From an uncultured virus (IMG/VR IMGVR_UViG_3300029448_000008) (lineage: Duplodnaviria; Heunggongvirae; Uroviricota; Caudoviricetes), in IMG/VR virus record IMGVR_UViG_3300029448_000008: 25,001 nt of DNA, one strand, 5' to 3'. The notes beneath the pieces were generated by a model. The model was not told the origin of the DNA. It did not search any database and saw only the letters and a list, made by a program, of their open reading frames with translations. Both the position numbers and the translations under genes were made by a program. Positions 9,284 through 18,900 of this stretch are shown here, piece after piece; the first letter of the stretch is position 1, and every line of letters starts with the position of its first letter.

Positions 9284-9910
9284 TCATGCACTTTTCTTTT
9301 TGTTTACTTTAATGTCTTTTGATTCTATAAGTGTGTAAGTAAAACTGTTACTCCACACATTTTTAGCAATATTAGCTAACTCCATAAACTTTTTAAAGTC
9401 ATCAGCAGCTGCAATTACTTGGCATCCAGCAGACCATTTATCTATTTGTTTAGATTTTTTGCCTGCATGTTTAGTAGCTCTATGGATATTTATTCCAAAT
9501 AATCCAATCTCTACTGAGTCTTCATTTTTATCATACACCCCATCTTTATTCTGATCTCTGTAGACTTTTACTGGTTTCATTTGTCTAAGAGCTTCGTACT
9601 TTCCTTGATGCAATCCTATTTTATGAGACCCTCTATATTGACCAGGTTTAAGTATTGCTACTCCTGATTTTTTGAGTATATTTTTTACCCAATGTGTACC
9701 AGGATCTGTTGTACATTCAAACTCCTCATACTTCCATTTTCCTTTTAATTTATAAGAAAGTGTTAGTATATCATCAAAGGCATTAGTTACTTTGTTTTTA
9801 GTATTAGAGTTTCTAATTCCTACAATGTTTAAATTATAGTCTCCGTTGCTAAACCATTTATAACCTTTAGCTTTTACTGCTTGTTCAAGTATAGAATTAT
9901 TGTACTGCAT
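9284..9910 (-). CDS. Putative peptidoglycan-active enzyme, L,D-transpeptidase (YkuD-like) fold; candidate endolysin or virion lysin
   Basis: 208 aa, basic. GINIHRA-(x)-WSAGCQV gives H-x16-SAGC, matching the L,D-transpeptidase His/Cys motif HX14-17[ST]xGC. Also has LNIVGIR, FDD, TTDPG and FTYTLI motifs seen in phage members. Confidence 0.7.
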   Translation of the reverse strand: MQYNNSILEQAVKAKGYKWFSNGDYNLNIVGIRNSNTKNKVTNAFDDILTLSYKLKGKWKYEEFECTTDPGTHWVKNILKKSGVAILKPGQYRGSHKIGLHQGKYEALRQMKPVKVYRDQNKDGVYDKNEDSVEIGLFGINIHRATKHAGKKSKQIDKWSAGCQVIAAADDFKKFMELANIAKNVWSNSFTYTLIESKDIKVNKKKSA

Positions 9911-10217
9911 CTTCTCCTTCTTGCGGAGCTACTGGAGGAGCTTCAGTAATAAGTCCTGTATTTTTATCTACAGACACATTACCGTATTTTTCCTGCAAAG
10001 AGTCTCTCATTTTATTTTGATCTTCTCCTGCTTTTTCTAATTCACTCCATAAACTGTCTTCTCTTTTTTCCCAGTTTTTTCTTAATATTGCAATCTCTCC
10101 TAAAGCAAATTGTATTTGCTGAAATTTTTGATCATAAGATTGAACTTCTTTTAATTCATCAGCAGTTAATTTTTTTTCTTCATTAACTGTGATATCTTCC
10201 ATTTTAGTTTCTGCCAT
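9897..10217 (-). CDS. Small acidic coiled-coil phage protein (LQEKYGxxxVDxxTG motif), function unknown
   Basis: 106 aa, E/K/Q-rich helical pattern. AT-rich leader. Overlaps the downstream gene by 14 bp. Confidence 0.75.
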   Translation of the reverse strand: MAETKMEDITVNEEKKLTADELKEVQSYDQKFQQIQFALGEIAILRKNWEKREDSLWSELEKAGEDQNKMRDSLQEKYGNVSVDKNTGLITEAPPVAPQEGEDAVQ

Positions 10218-10248
10218 TTTATTTAAATTTAATTGTTTAATTATTTAA

Positions 10249-10605
10249 TTACTCTTCTACAGGTGTTTCAGGTGCAGGTGCCCAAGGCATATCTGCGTCT
10301 ACACTTTTAGGAGTTTCTTGGTCTGCTATCTGTTTAGCAATCACTTCATTCATGTGTTCTACTGGGTGACTAGCTTTTGCCCATACAATTACATCTGCTT
10401 CTTTTAAATCTGCAAGCGCTGTAAAATTATCTTTGTCAGGAGCAGCTATAGGACAAGCTCCATTAAAAGTGCCTTCTACAGCACTAGCTCCTGTTCCTTT
10501 TACTCCTTTATATTCGAAATTTATTCCTGTGATCACATCGGACAAATCGTCCATCGATGGTGCTTTTTTCATAGCCGTGATCTTCCATGTGTATTTTATA
10601 GCCAT
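10249..10605 (-). CDS. Conserved phage hypothetical protein typically found beside tail fibre genes
   Basis: 118 aa. Pattern MAIKYTWKI...DVI..I.F.Y.G...NFTALADL.E..V..W...PW is recognised from small fibre-associated proteins of aquatic phages. Function not assignable. Confidence 0.7.
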   Translation of the reverse strand: MAIKYTWKITAMKKAPSMDDLSDVITGINFEYKGVKGTGASAVEGTFNGACPIAAPDKDNFTALADLKEADVIVWAKASHPVEHMNEVIAKQIADQETPKSVDADMPWAPAPETPVEE

Positions 10606-10614
10606 AATATATAT

Positions 10615-10646
10615 GTATTTAATAAATACTTTTAGTTAAGTATTTA
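10615..10646. repeat. Overlapping inverted repeats (three TAAATAC/GTATTTA half-sites) in the largest intergenic gap
   Basis: TAAATACTT (10623-10631), 6-bp spacer, AAGTATTTA (10638-10646) form a perfect 9-bp inverted repeat. GTATTTA (10615-10621) can pair alternatively with TAAATAC (10623-10629). Confidence 0.6.
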
Positions 10647-10648
10647 CC

Positions 10649-10656
10649 CAAAGTTA
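10649..10656 (-). promoter_or_regulatory. Candidate Bacteroidota sigma-A -7 promoter element TAACTTTG
   Basis: The minus strand reads TAACTTTG (consensus TAnnTTTG) about 45 bp upstream of the ATG at 10605, in the correct orientation. No convincing -33 TTTG at the canonical spacing. Confidence 0.5.
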
Positions 10657-10670
10657 ATAAAAATTTTTAT

Positions 10671-11225
10671 TTATACCCACTGATTATTAATCAAAGTAAT
10701 ATAAATTATATCAATTGTATCTTCTTGATACCATTTTTTAGTATTCTCATCTAGTGATATAGTAGTGTAATTTGTTTTATTTCTAGCTATATCATTATCC
10801 ATTCCCCAAGAAGTTTGTACTAGTATACAGTTGTTATTACACAAGTTTTTAACATCACTGCTAAAAGACTCTAATCTTTCCGTAGTATCTGAATCAGCAT
10901 CATTATACACTCCATCAAATTTATCTGTTAAATTACCTATAGCATCTTTCCAATCAGCATGTATAACTTCAACATTAGATTTTCCATCTGCCCACTCTAC
11001 AGCTTTGTCATAAATATCTTTTTCTATTTCTACTATAACATGTTTACTAGGATTATGTGTTTGTATTTGTGTAGCAGATATTCCTAAACCAAAACCAATT
11101 TCTAATATATTACCACCTTTTTGTGCTACTATATCAGCAACAGAGGTTTCATACAAAGCAACATCATTATGCATAATAATGTTATTATTTTTATATATAC
11201 TATCTGTGTTTATTATTATTCCCAT
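10671..11225 (-). CDS. Class I SAM-dependent methyltransferase, guanidinoacetate-methyltransferase/RMT2-like
   Basis: 184 aa. KGGNILEIGFGLGISA...HVIVEI...EWA...DWKD...FDGVYND parallels GAMT/Rmt2 motifs (KGGRVLEVGFGM, HWIIEC, FDGILYDT). Confidence 0.8.
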   Translation of the reverse strand: MGIIINTDSIYKNNNIIMHNDVALYETSVADIVAQKGGNILEIGFGLGISATQIQTHNPSKHVIVEIEKDIYDKAVEWADGKSNVEVIHADWKDAIGNLTDKFDGVYNDADSDTTERLESFSSDVKNLCNNNCILVQTSWGMDNDIARNKTNYTTISLDENTKKWYQEDTIDIIYITLINNQWV

Positions 11226-11228
11226 TTT

Positions 11229-11861
11229 TTAACAACTTTCTGTAAATCCTATCGACCATAATGATCCTGTCCATCTTCCTTTATGATTACCATCTGAGTA
11301 AGATATTAAACCACTAGGCTGCCCAGAGTGATTAGGAGTTTCGCTTGTGTAAATTGCTGTTGCCAATTGTAAAACTAAGTTTGTAGAGTTTTGAGATTGA
11401 GCATATACAGTTACTGTATCAGTACTATTACAAACAAGAGAGTGACCAAACTTACCTGTAGCATATTTAAACGTATGAGGTCTACGAACTGTTTCAGCAG
11501 CATATACACTTGAGTAGGTAGTGCCAATACTATTTGTAGCATATACTCTAACATAATAAGTTGTAGAATTAGTAAGAACACCAGCTGCGGGTACAGTTAC
11601 TGAAAAATTTGATGTACCAGTTCCAGATGTTATTTGAGTAACATTAGACCCACCTATTGTTGGGCTAGTATTTGATGATGAATAAAGAACACCTCTAGCA
11701 GTAACGCTAGCTCCACCATTACTACTAATAGTTCCATCTGTTATAAAAGTATTCCATTGAATTCCTCTAACATTTATATTAACACCAGTAGGTGCTGTAG
11801 CACTAACGGTATCTTGATCGTACCCGTAAAAATCTCTAAATTGATATGGTATTGGTGACAT
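11229..11861 (-). CDS. Virion-associated protein with a fibronectin-type-III-like domain
   Basis: 210 aa, S/T/G-rich. GTISSNGGASVTARGVLYS...PT...LTNSTTYYVRVYATNSIGTTYS is the FN3-like signature common in Bacteroidota surface proteins. N-terminus is PYQFRDFYGYDQD. Confidence 0.65.
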   Translation of the reverse strand: MSPIPYQFRDFYGYDQDTVSATAPTGVNINVRGIQWNTFITDGTISSNGGASVTARGVLYSSSNTSPTIGGSNVTQITSGTGTSNFSVTVPAAGVLTNSTTYYVRVYATNSIGTTYSSVYAAETVRRPHTFKYATGKFGHSLVCNSTDTVTVYAQSQNSTNLVLQLATAIYTSETPNHSGQPSGLISYSDGNHKGRWTGSLWSIGFTESC

Positions 11862-12502
11862 TATCCTCCTAATTCATTTGTTTGTGTAGTTGTTGTGTTT
11901 GTTATAACAACTTTTATTTTTAAAGACTCATTACCAGGTCCTGTACAGATATACAAACCTTGTGAGTTAGCACCAGCAAAAGTTATATAATATGTACCAT
12001 TAGGAACTCTTGTGGTGCCAGTATTGTTTGAATAATATATATGACCATTAAAAGTGTTAACCTTAGCTAATCTTTCAAACTTATGTTCTAAAACTGCATT
12101 TCCTATACTAGCACTTAATCTAATTTCCATCCATGAATATTGTCTTGAATAATCACTTGTTGTTTTACCAGTTCCATCTAAATCAGATCTAACAAAGCAC
12201 GTTCTTGCTGATGATAGATTACTACTGTTATACATAATTAAATTAGTATTACAAGATCCAGGAGCTTCACCTCCCATGTTTACTTTTATATTTGTAATAT
12301 TTGTGTAAGTAGCATCTAATGGATGTAATGTACTAGCTGTATTTATAGCGGGATAACTTATTGTTGATCCTCCTGAGTTACCACCTTCCATTAAATCACG
12401 CATAGATATAGTGCCCATAGTTTGACCACCATTATAATCGCCATACTTAGCTTCTCTAGCTAATTTAACCATGCTTAATGTTCCACTAGTTGGTACTGCC
12501 AT
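11861..12502 (-). CDS. Putative tail-fibre-associated virion protein (MAVPxSGxLSM N-terminus)
   Basis: 213 aa. The N-terminus MAVPTSGTLSM resembles small adhesin/fibre-tip proteins encoded downstream of S74-type fibres. TAATG coupling to the next ORF. Confidence 0.6.
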   Translation of the reverse strand: MAVPTSGTLSMVKLAREAKYGDYNGGQTMGTISMRDLMEGGNSGGSTISYPAINTASTLHPLDATYTNITNIKVNMGGEAPGSCNTNLIMYNSSNLSSARTCFVRSDLDGTGKTTSDYSRQYSWMEIRLSASIGNAVLEHKFERLAKVNTFNGHIYYSNNTGTTRVPNGTYYITFAGANSQGLYICTGPGNESLKIKVVITNTTTTQTNELGG

Positions 12503-12505
12503 TAT

Positions 12506-12988
12506 TTATTTTTTATAAATTATACAAATAGCAATATATCTATTATTATTTGTAGTGTTATTGTAACCGTGTTTAAAATCAAAATTATTTAAATACATAA
12601 TACCTTTAGAAAGACTTGTTGGTGCTTGTCCTATTTTAACATTCTGGTTATTATAAAACTCAGTAGATGTTTTGCTGTCAATTAAATTTATAATTATAAC
12701 ACCAAGCATATTTGAATTATCATAATGAGGTATTAAATTAAACCCTGGTTCGTTTTTAATAATCTCCAAATGAATGTAATATGGAACAGATATTTTAGTA
12801 TCAATTACACTTGTGTCAAAACTATCTTTTACTTGATTTAAAGCATTTTCATCTGTACAAAAGTGTCTTCCCTTATCTTGTTCTTTATAACTTAAATTAG
12901 GATAATCTAAATCTGGTAATGAACTTAACGACGCTTGCCACAAATCTAAATCATCTATATAACTTGTGCTGTTAATTGTTAAACTCAT
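12506..12988 (-). CDS. 2OG-Fe(II) oxygenase superfamily protein
   Basis: 160 aa. PGFNLIPHYD (HxD), hydrophobic strand GVIIINL, STEFY, distal His in FKHGY and Arg in NRYIAI give the HxD...H...R triad plus 2OG-binding Arg. TAATG overlap with the fibre gene stop. Confidence 0.7.
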   Translation of the reverse strand: MSLTINSTSYIDDLDLWQASLSSLPDLDYPNLSYKEQDKGRHFCTDENALNQVKDSFDTSVIDTKISVPYYIHLEIIKNEPGFNLIPHYDNSNMLGVIIINLIDSKTSTEFYNNQNVKIGQAPTSLSKGIMYLNNFDFKHGYNNTTNNNRYIAICIIYKK

Positions 12989-15900
12989 TATTTAATTTGT
13001 TTTTTTAGTTCTTCTACCTCTGCTTTTAAATCTTTTATTGCTTCAATTAGATAACCTGTTATGTTACCATACGCTACCGCTTTATATTCATTATCATCGT
13101 TTACTAATTCAGGTGCTATTTTTTCTAACTCTTGAGCTATAACACCACTACCTTTTTTATCCTCTTTAGTAAAACTAACACCACGCATATCATAAACTTT
13201 AGAACCGTCTAATGTTTTTATATCTGTTTTTAATCTTTTATCTGAATAAGCTACAACATCTGAACTTGCTGTTACCGTACCTGTAATACTTATAGAAGAT
13301 GCAAAAGACGCTCCACCTAATACAGAACTACTAGCTGGATTTAAGTAATAATTAGTATCGTTTGAATCGTAAAATATCGGTGCTCTTACCGAGCCGCCTG
13401 CTAATAAAAAACCAGGTGTTCTTAATGTTTGTGCTCCAGTTGTGTTAAAGTTTGTTGATGGGTTTGCTGTAAAATAAGAACTACTTGTAGTTTGTGCTAC
13501 ATTCCAGTTTCCTAACCAATCTATACTATCAGAATAATAACAAGCACCATGTACTTTAGACACATGAACAGTAGCATAACTCCAAGATGAATTTACATCT
13601 CCAATTGCAATACATTTTCTTTCATTACTTCCATCATTCCTTCTACCAAGACGAACTGCTTTATTTAAAGAACCAATAATTTGAACACCAGGATTATGCC
13701 ATTGTGTATTACTTGTACCTGAATTACCACCACTATTCCAGTTGTGAGCACCAATTATAATTTTTGAACCTGCATCACCAGAATATTCGTATATGTCTAT
13801 TTCCATATACATCATATCATAATGAGCTAATGTTCCTGGTAAGTCGATTACAATTTGACCCGTTGTACCACCACTACCATCCCATGATGCTTCTTTACCT
13901 GGATATACTATTTTTGGATGTGTTATATCACCTAAACCTAATTGACCCGTTGTGCCTATAGATATAGAACCTGATGTAACCATAGATCTATCACTATTGG
14001 TGCCATCAAAGAAATAACTCGTATTATCAGAATCATAGAATACTGGTGCTCTAACACTTGTATTAGACTCAATTTTACCTAAATTACTTATTCTAGCTAC
14101 GTAACTACTACTGTTAGTATTTTTTATTACAAAAGCATTTTTTTCAACCGTGTTACCTAATCCATCTGTTGAATGAGTTTCTACAGACATTGTTTCAGCA
14201 TATAAACCAGAACCATTATCGCTATAACCAAGAATTACATAACGACCACTTGGAAATGACAATCGGTTTGGTGTTGCTGTAGCACCATACAAACCATCAG
14301 CTACATAACTTGAATTAGCACCTCCTCCTTCTAAAGAATAGCCACCCGCTGATCTTAGTTTTCTATTAGTAAGTGCTGTTGATTCGTTTAAAAGAACATT
14401 TCCACTAGTTACTCTAAAGTTACCAGCAACCTGAACAGAAGTATCAAAATTAAATTGATTACTAGCTATTTCTATACTATGATAACTATCACCATCATAC
14501 CAATATTCTTTATAAGGACCATAAGCACTACCAGTGTTGGTTCCTTTATATATTGCTGCATAACTACCGTTAGCTCTTGCGTCTCTATATGCAAATGCTG
14601 CGTCACCACTACGATATTGATTTAAGGTATGACCCCCTTTTATATGAATATTTTTTTGGTTAGATGTACCAGCTGGATCAACATAATAAGTTGTATCATT
14701 GCTATCATAAAACAATGGAGCTCTTACATCAGTGTTTACAATAAGATTACTTCTTGTAATATTTACTTGACCATTTTGCAGTATGTGCATGGCTGTTTTA
14801 GAACCTGTAGCGTATGAGTCAGTAGTTGAAAAATACATCCTAGTACCATAACTACCATCTGATCTTACATATATACCAGCGTGTGAAGTAGTTCCATTGC
14901 TACTATCTGATGCGCCAAAAGTTATTGCACCGCCCGCGTGATCAGTTGCGCTATTAGGATCTAAATGTAAAGCACCTTTTCCTGTGCCTTGCGTTGTTGC
15001 GTCCCAAACTGCACCTGAGTTTAAATCTAAATCACCAAGATTACTTCTACTTGCGGGATTTAAATAATAATTTGTATCATCTTTATCGTAGAATATTGGT
15101 GTTCTAATGCTATCGTCAACATTTAAATAATGTTTAATATTTGTTAAGGTATTACTACTTTGTACCGCCCATGAACCATCATTAGATAAAGTTCCAAAAT
15201 AACCACTTTCAGTATAAACTGATCCTTCAAAGTTTCCACTACCATCAAGAAATCTTATTTGACCATAACCCGTATCACCAAACTTATAATTTAGATCACT
15301 ATCATTACCATTGTCAATAAATCTTACATTATCCTGGAAATGTAATTGATTAACTTGATCAATATCTTTACCACTCATGTTAATATGAGCATTAAATGTA
15401 AACACAGGATCTGCTGAATCGGCTACACTTAATCTAGTTGTGCCTTCAAACACCATAGTAAAAGCATCATTTCCGCTAAATCCAAAATAAGTATGAGTAT
15501 CTCCTTTGTGTGAGATATAATCTTCAATTTGAAGGTTATTCATAACGCTATTACCAGCTGGATTTACATAATAATTTGTATCATCTAGGTCATAAAATAT
15601 AGGTGCTCTAACGCTTCCACCAACATCCATTACACCAGTACCCAGAACAAAAATCATTTTCTTATAAGCGGTTCTAGCGCTACCAGCGTTGTTGTAAAGA
15701 GTTTTTGACCCTAGACTGGGGCTAGATGTTCCCGATGTAAACTGTATTTCATTATTGTTATTTTCAGTACTTATACCCCACTCAACATGTGGCTCATAAT
15801 CTGCAAATATAATACTATCACCTTCACTTGTTTGTTGTTGTATTGCTATAGCAGAACCGCTATCAGCAGTTCCAGAAGAATATAATTCTATAGCTGCATG

Positions 15901-18900
15901 GTTACCATTAGTACCACCAGCAGTTTTCTTAATACTAGTGCTACCGCTACCTAAATCAACAGTTCCTGTAAAAGTAGCAGTATTATCGCCATCTAATCTT
16001 AATGCTGTAGTTACGTTTGATCCATCATATGTTTGGAAAGATAAACTATAGTTATTTGTATCACCTTCAATTATTCTTGCATCACCATTAGCCCAGTCTA
16101 GTTTACCGCCTGATGGTAAGTCAAACTCAGTTGCAGAAACTGTTCCTGAGAAAGCTGACGCCGCTCCTCCTGATTGTGTAAAGGCTGCGTCTACTGTTAC
16201 AGCACCATTAAAATAACTAGTACCGTCATTATAAAAATCATATGATGCATGAACAGCACTACTCATTACAGCAAACTTACCTGATGTATTACCAGTATCC
16301 ATATCCATGTGATTCACTACACTTGTGCTTGCTGGATCTAAATAAAAAGCTGTATTAGCCCAATCGTAATATTTATTTGCTATTACATCTCCGCCATTTG
16401 TGTGTAAACCTCTACTACCTCCACCAGTTAATAATTCAGCTAAGGAAGGTTCATCACCATTTATTTCAAAAAACCCTGGCTTTGCCCATTGCAATTTAGC
16501 AGAAGCATCAGTAGAATAATAATGGAAAAATCTATTACCGTTATTTAATGCACTACCAGCACTACCTAATTTCCAAAAATTGCTTGAATTAAGTATTTTT
16601 TGACCAGTGTCACATCTATATATCCCTTGTAAATCAGAGCTGCCAGTTAAAGCAGTTGTGTTACTATCATTGTTAGCTTGTATAACACCAATAGATATAC
16701 ACCATACATTTAAAGGAAAACTACCTAAATTAGGATAATGGAAATAAGGGTTTGTATTAGACGTACCAGATAAATCAGTAATTTGATTTGTTCCTGCGCC
16801 AGTACCATGGTAAACATTACCTGTTGTACCAGCTAATCTTTTTATGTAAACATAAGATAAGTGAGCTTTGTTTATATCTAAATTATTTATTGCTTTTACA
16901 TAACCACCATCATAATCATTATTAGTGTCACCAGTTGTCTCTGCTGCTAATGTTCTTTCTCCATGAGGACCCGTAACCCATTTAGTAGTAATTTCACTAC
17001 CATTAAAATTACCTCCATACCAGCCTGTTTGATTGCCAGTACCACCTTCAGTCCAAGATGATGATGTGGCTTTATTTAATCTATAACCTTTGAAAGATTG
17101 ACCATCAGTATCACCTGCTTCTTTAGCAACATAAAATTCAGCCATAGAACTAACTTGATGTGGACCATAACTGCCGTGGTCAGCGCCTAATCTAAATCCA
17201 TTAGCTCCGGAAAATGTTATTGCACCTATTGTTGAACCACTATCATGAAAACCTATAGAGGATTCATCAGAAGCTTCTAAACGTATATTGTATGTATTGT
17301 TACCATTGTTAACACCAGTGCTACCTACATATAATGATTTTAATACACTATTATTGTCAGCATGTATAAAATAAGCTGTATTATTTGAGTCATAGAATAT
17401 TGGAGCTTGCATATTGCCTGTTGCTAGAACAGTACCACTACCATATACTCTAAGTAAATGGTTGTTACTCCAATGACCAATTGTTACATAATTATCATCT
17501 GAACCATCTGCATGCCAATAATAACCTAAGTATCCAGAATTTTTTGCAGAAGTTGCTTTACCAACTACAAGTATTTCTGATTCACCTTGTGTAAGATTAG
17601 CGTTGATGGCTTCTAATGCATGGTTATATGTAGATGATGCGCTATTATTAAGTCTTAATAAAGGACTACTTGCAACACCAGAAGAATTTATTGTTACATC
17701 GCTATTAAAAGTTGTTGCGTTAGCTACTGTACCACCAGTAAATGTTGCTGAAACACCTGTTAAACCACTACCATCACCACTAATTACACCTGCTGAGTTT
17801 ATATATAAATGATTTGTCCACGTGCCACTTTCTCTTGATTGAATTGAAAAATCTCCACTACCTGATACTAATCTATGTGAATCATTTGTTGTAGCATTAG
17901 CACCAGAAGCACCTATATAAAATTGACCTCCAGATAAATAAACATTGTCCGTAAACCATCCTGTTACTGATTTTACTTGACCCGCAAAAATTGCATTTTG
18001 TGATGTATCAATCGTAAGAGCTAAAGTCTCAACATTACTAGCGTTGGGTGTTATAAATTTAATATTAGAGTTTGCATCACCACCGGATAACTCAATACTT
18101 GTTTTAGATGAAGAACCTGCTTCTATATAAGTTGTTGTTGCATTAGCTGTATGACCAACTGTCGTGTTGTAAGGATATGTAGTTCCTTGAAATCTTGTAG
18201 CTGATACAGTTCCTGCAAAAGTTGCATTTTGTGATGTGTCTATTTCTAAGGCGGTTGTTTCAGCGTTACTTGCATTTTTAGTTGCAAAAGTTAATTTGTC
18301 ATTTGAGTTATTCGCATAAATACTTGCGGCGAAATCTGGTGTTGAATCAGTCCAAGCTATTTTATTATTTACGCCTGAGCCTTGTGCTAAACTTAAACCA
18401 TAAGCAGGAGTTTTACCACCTACACCTACTTTTCCTGAAAAAGTTGCATTACCACCTTCTGACATATCAAGTTGTAAAGCATTAATAGCTGAACCTCCAT
18501 CATTTCCTTGTATAAAAAAGTCTGCATTTGAAACGCTACTTTTTATTGCAAAACCACCTGTTAAGTCTAAAGCACCAATGGTAGTACCATTATCTTTAAA
18601 TCTAATATCTCCACCATTAGCATCTAAGTTAATATCTCCCTCAGCGTCAACAACAAAATCATCAACTGTTGCTATTGTTAGAAGACCTGCGCCACTTTCT
18701 GTTAAAGTTGCATAGTTAGCATCATCACCACTTATTTTTAAAGCACCATTTAATATTTTTACGTCACCAGTTGAACCAACTTCGAATCTGTGACCAGCTG
18801 CTCCACCTGTTGTTGCATCATAAATATAAAATACGTTTTCAGCCCTGGAATTATTTGTGCCATCACCACCAGTACCAAGTCTAAACTCTCTAAGATCTGA

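Noticed and set aside
12988..13008. A-AAA-AAA near the fibre stop as a frameshift into the oxygenase gene
   Set aside because: The -1 frame hits TAA (AAA ACA AAT TAA) before reaching the oxygenase ATG.
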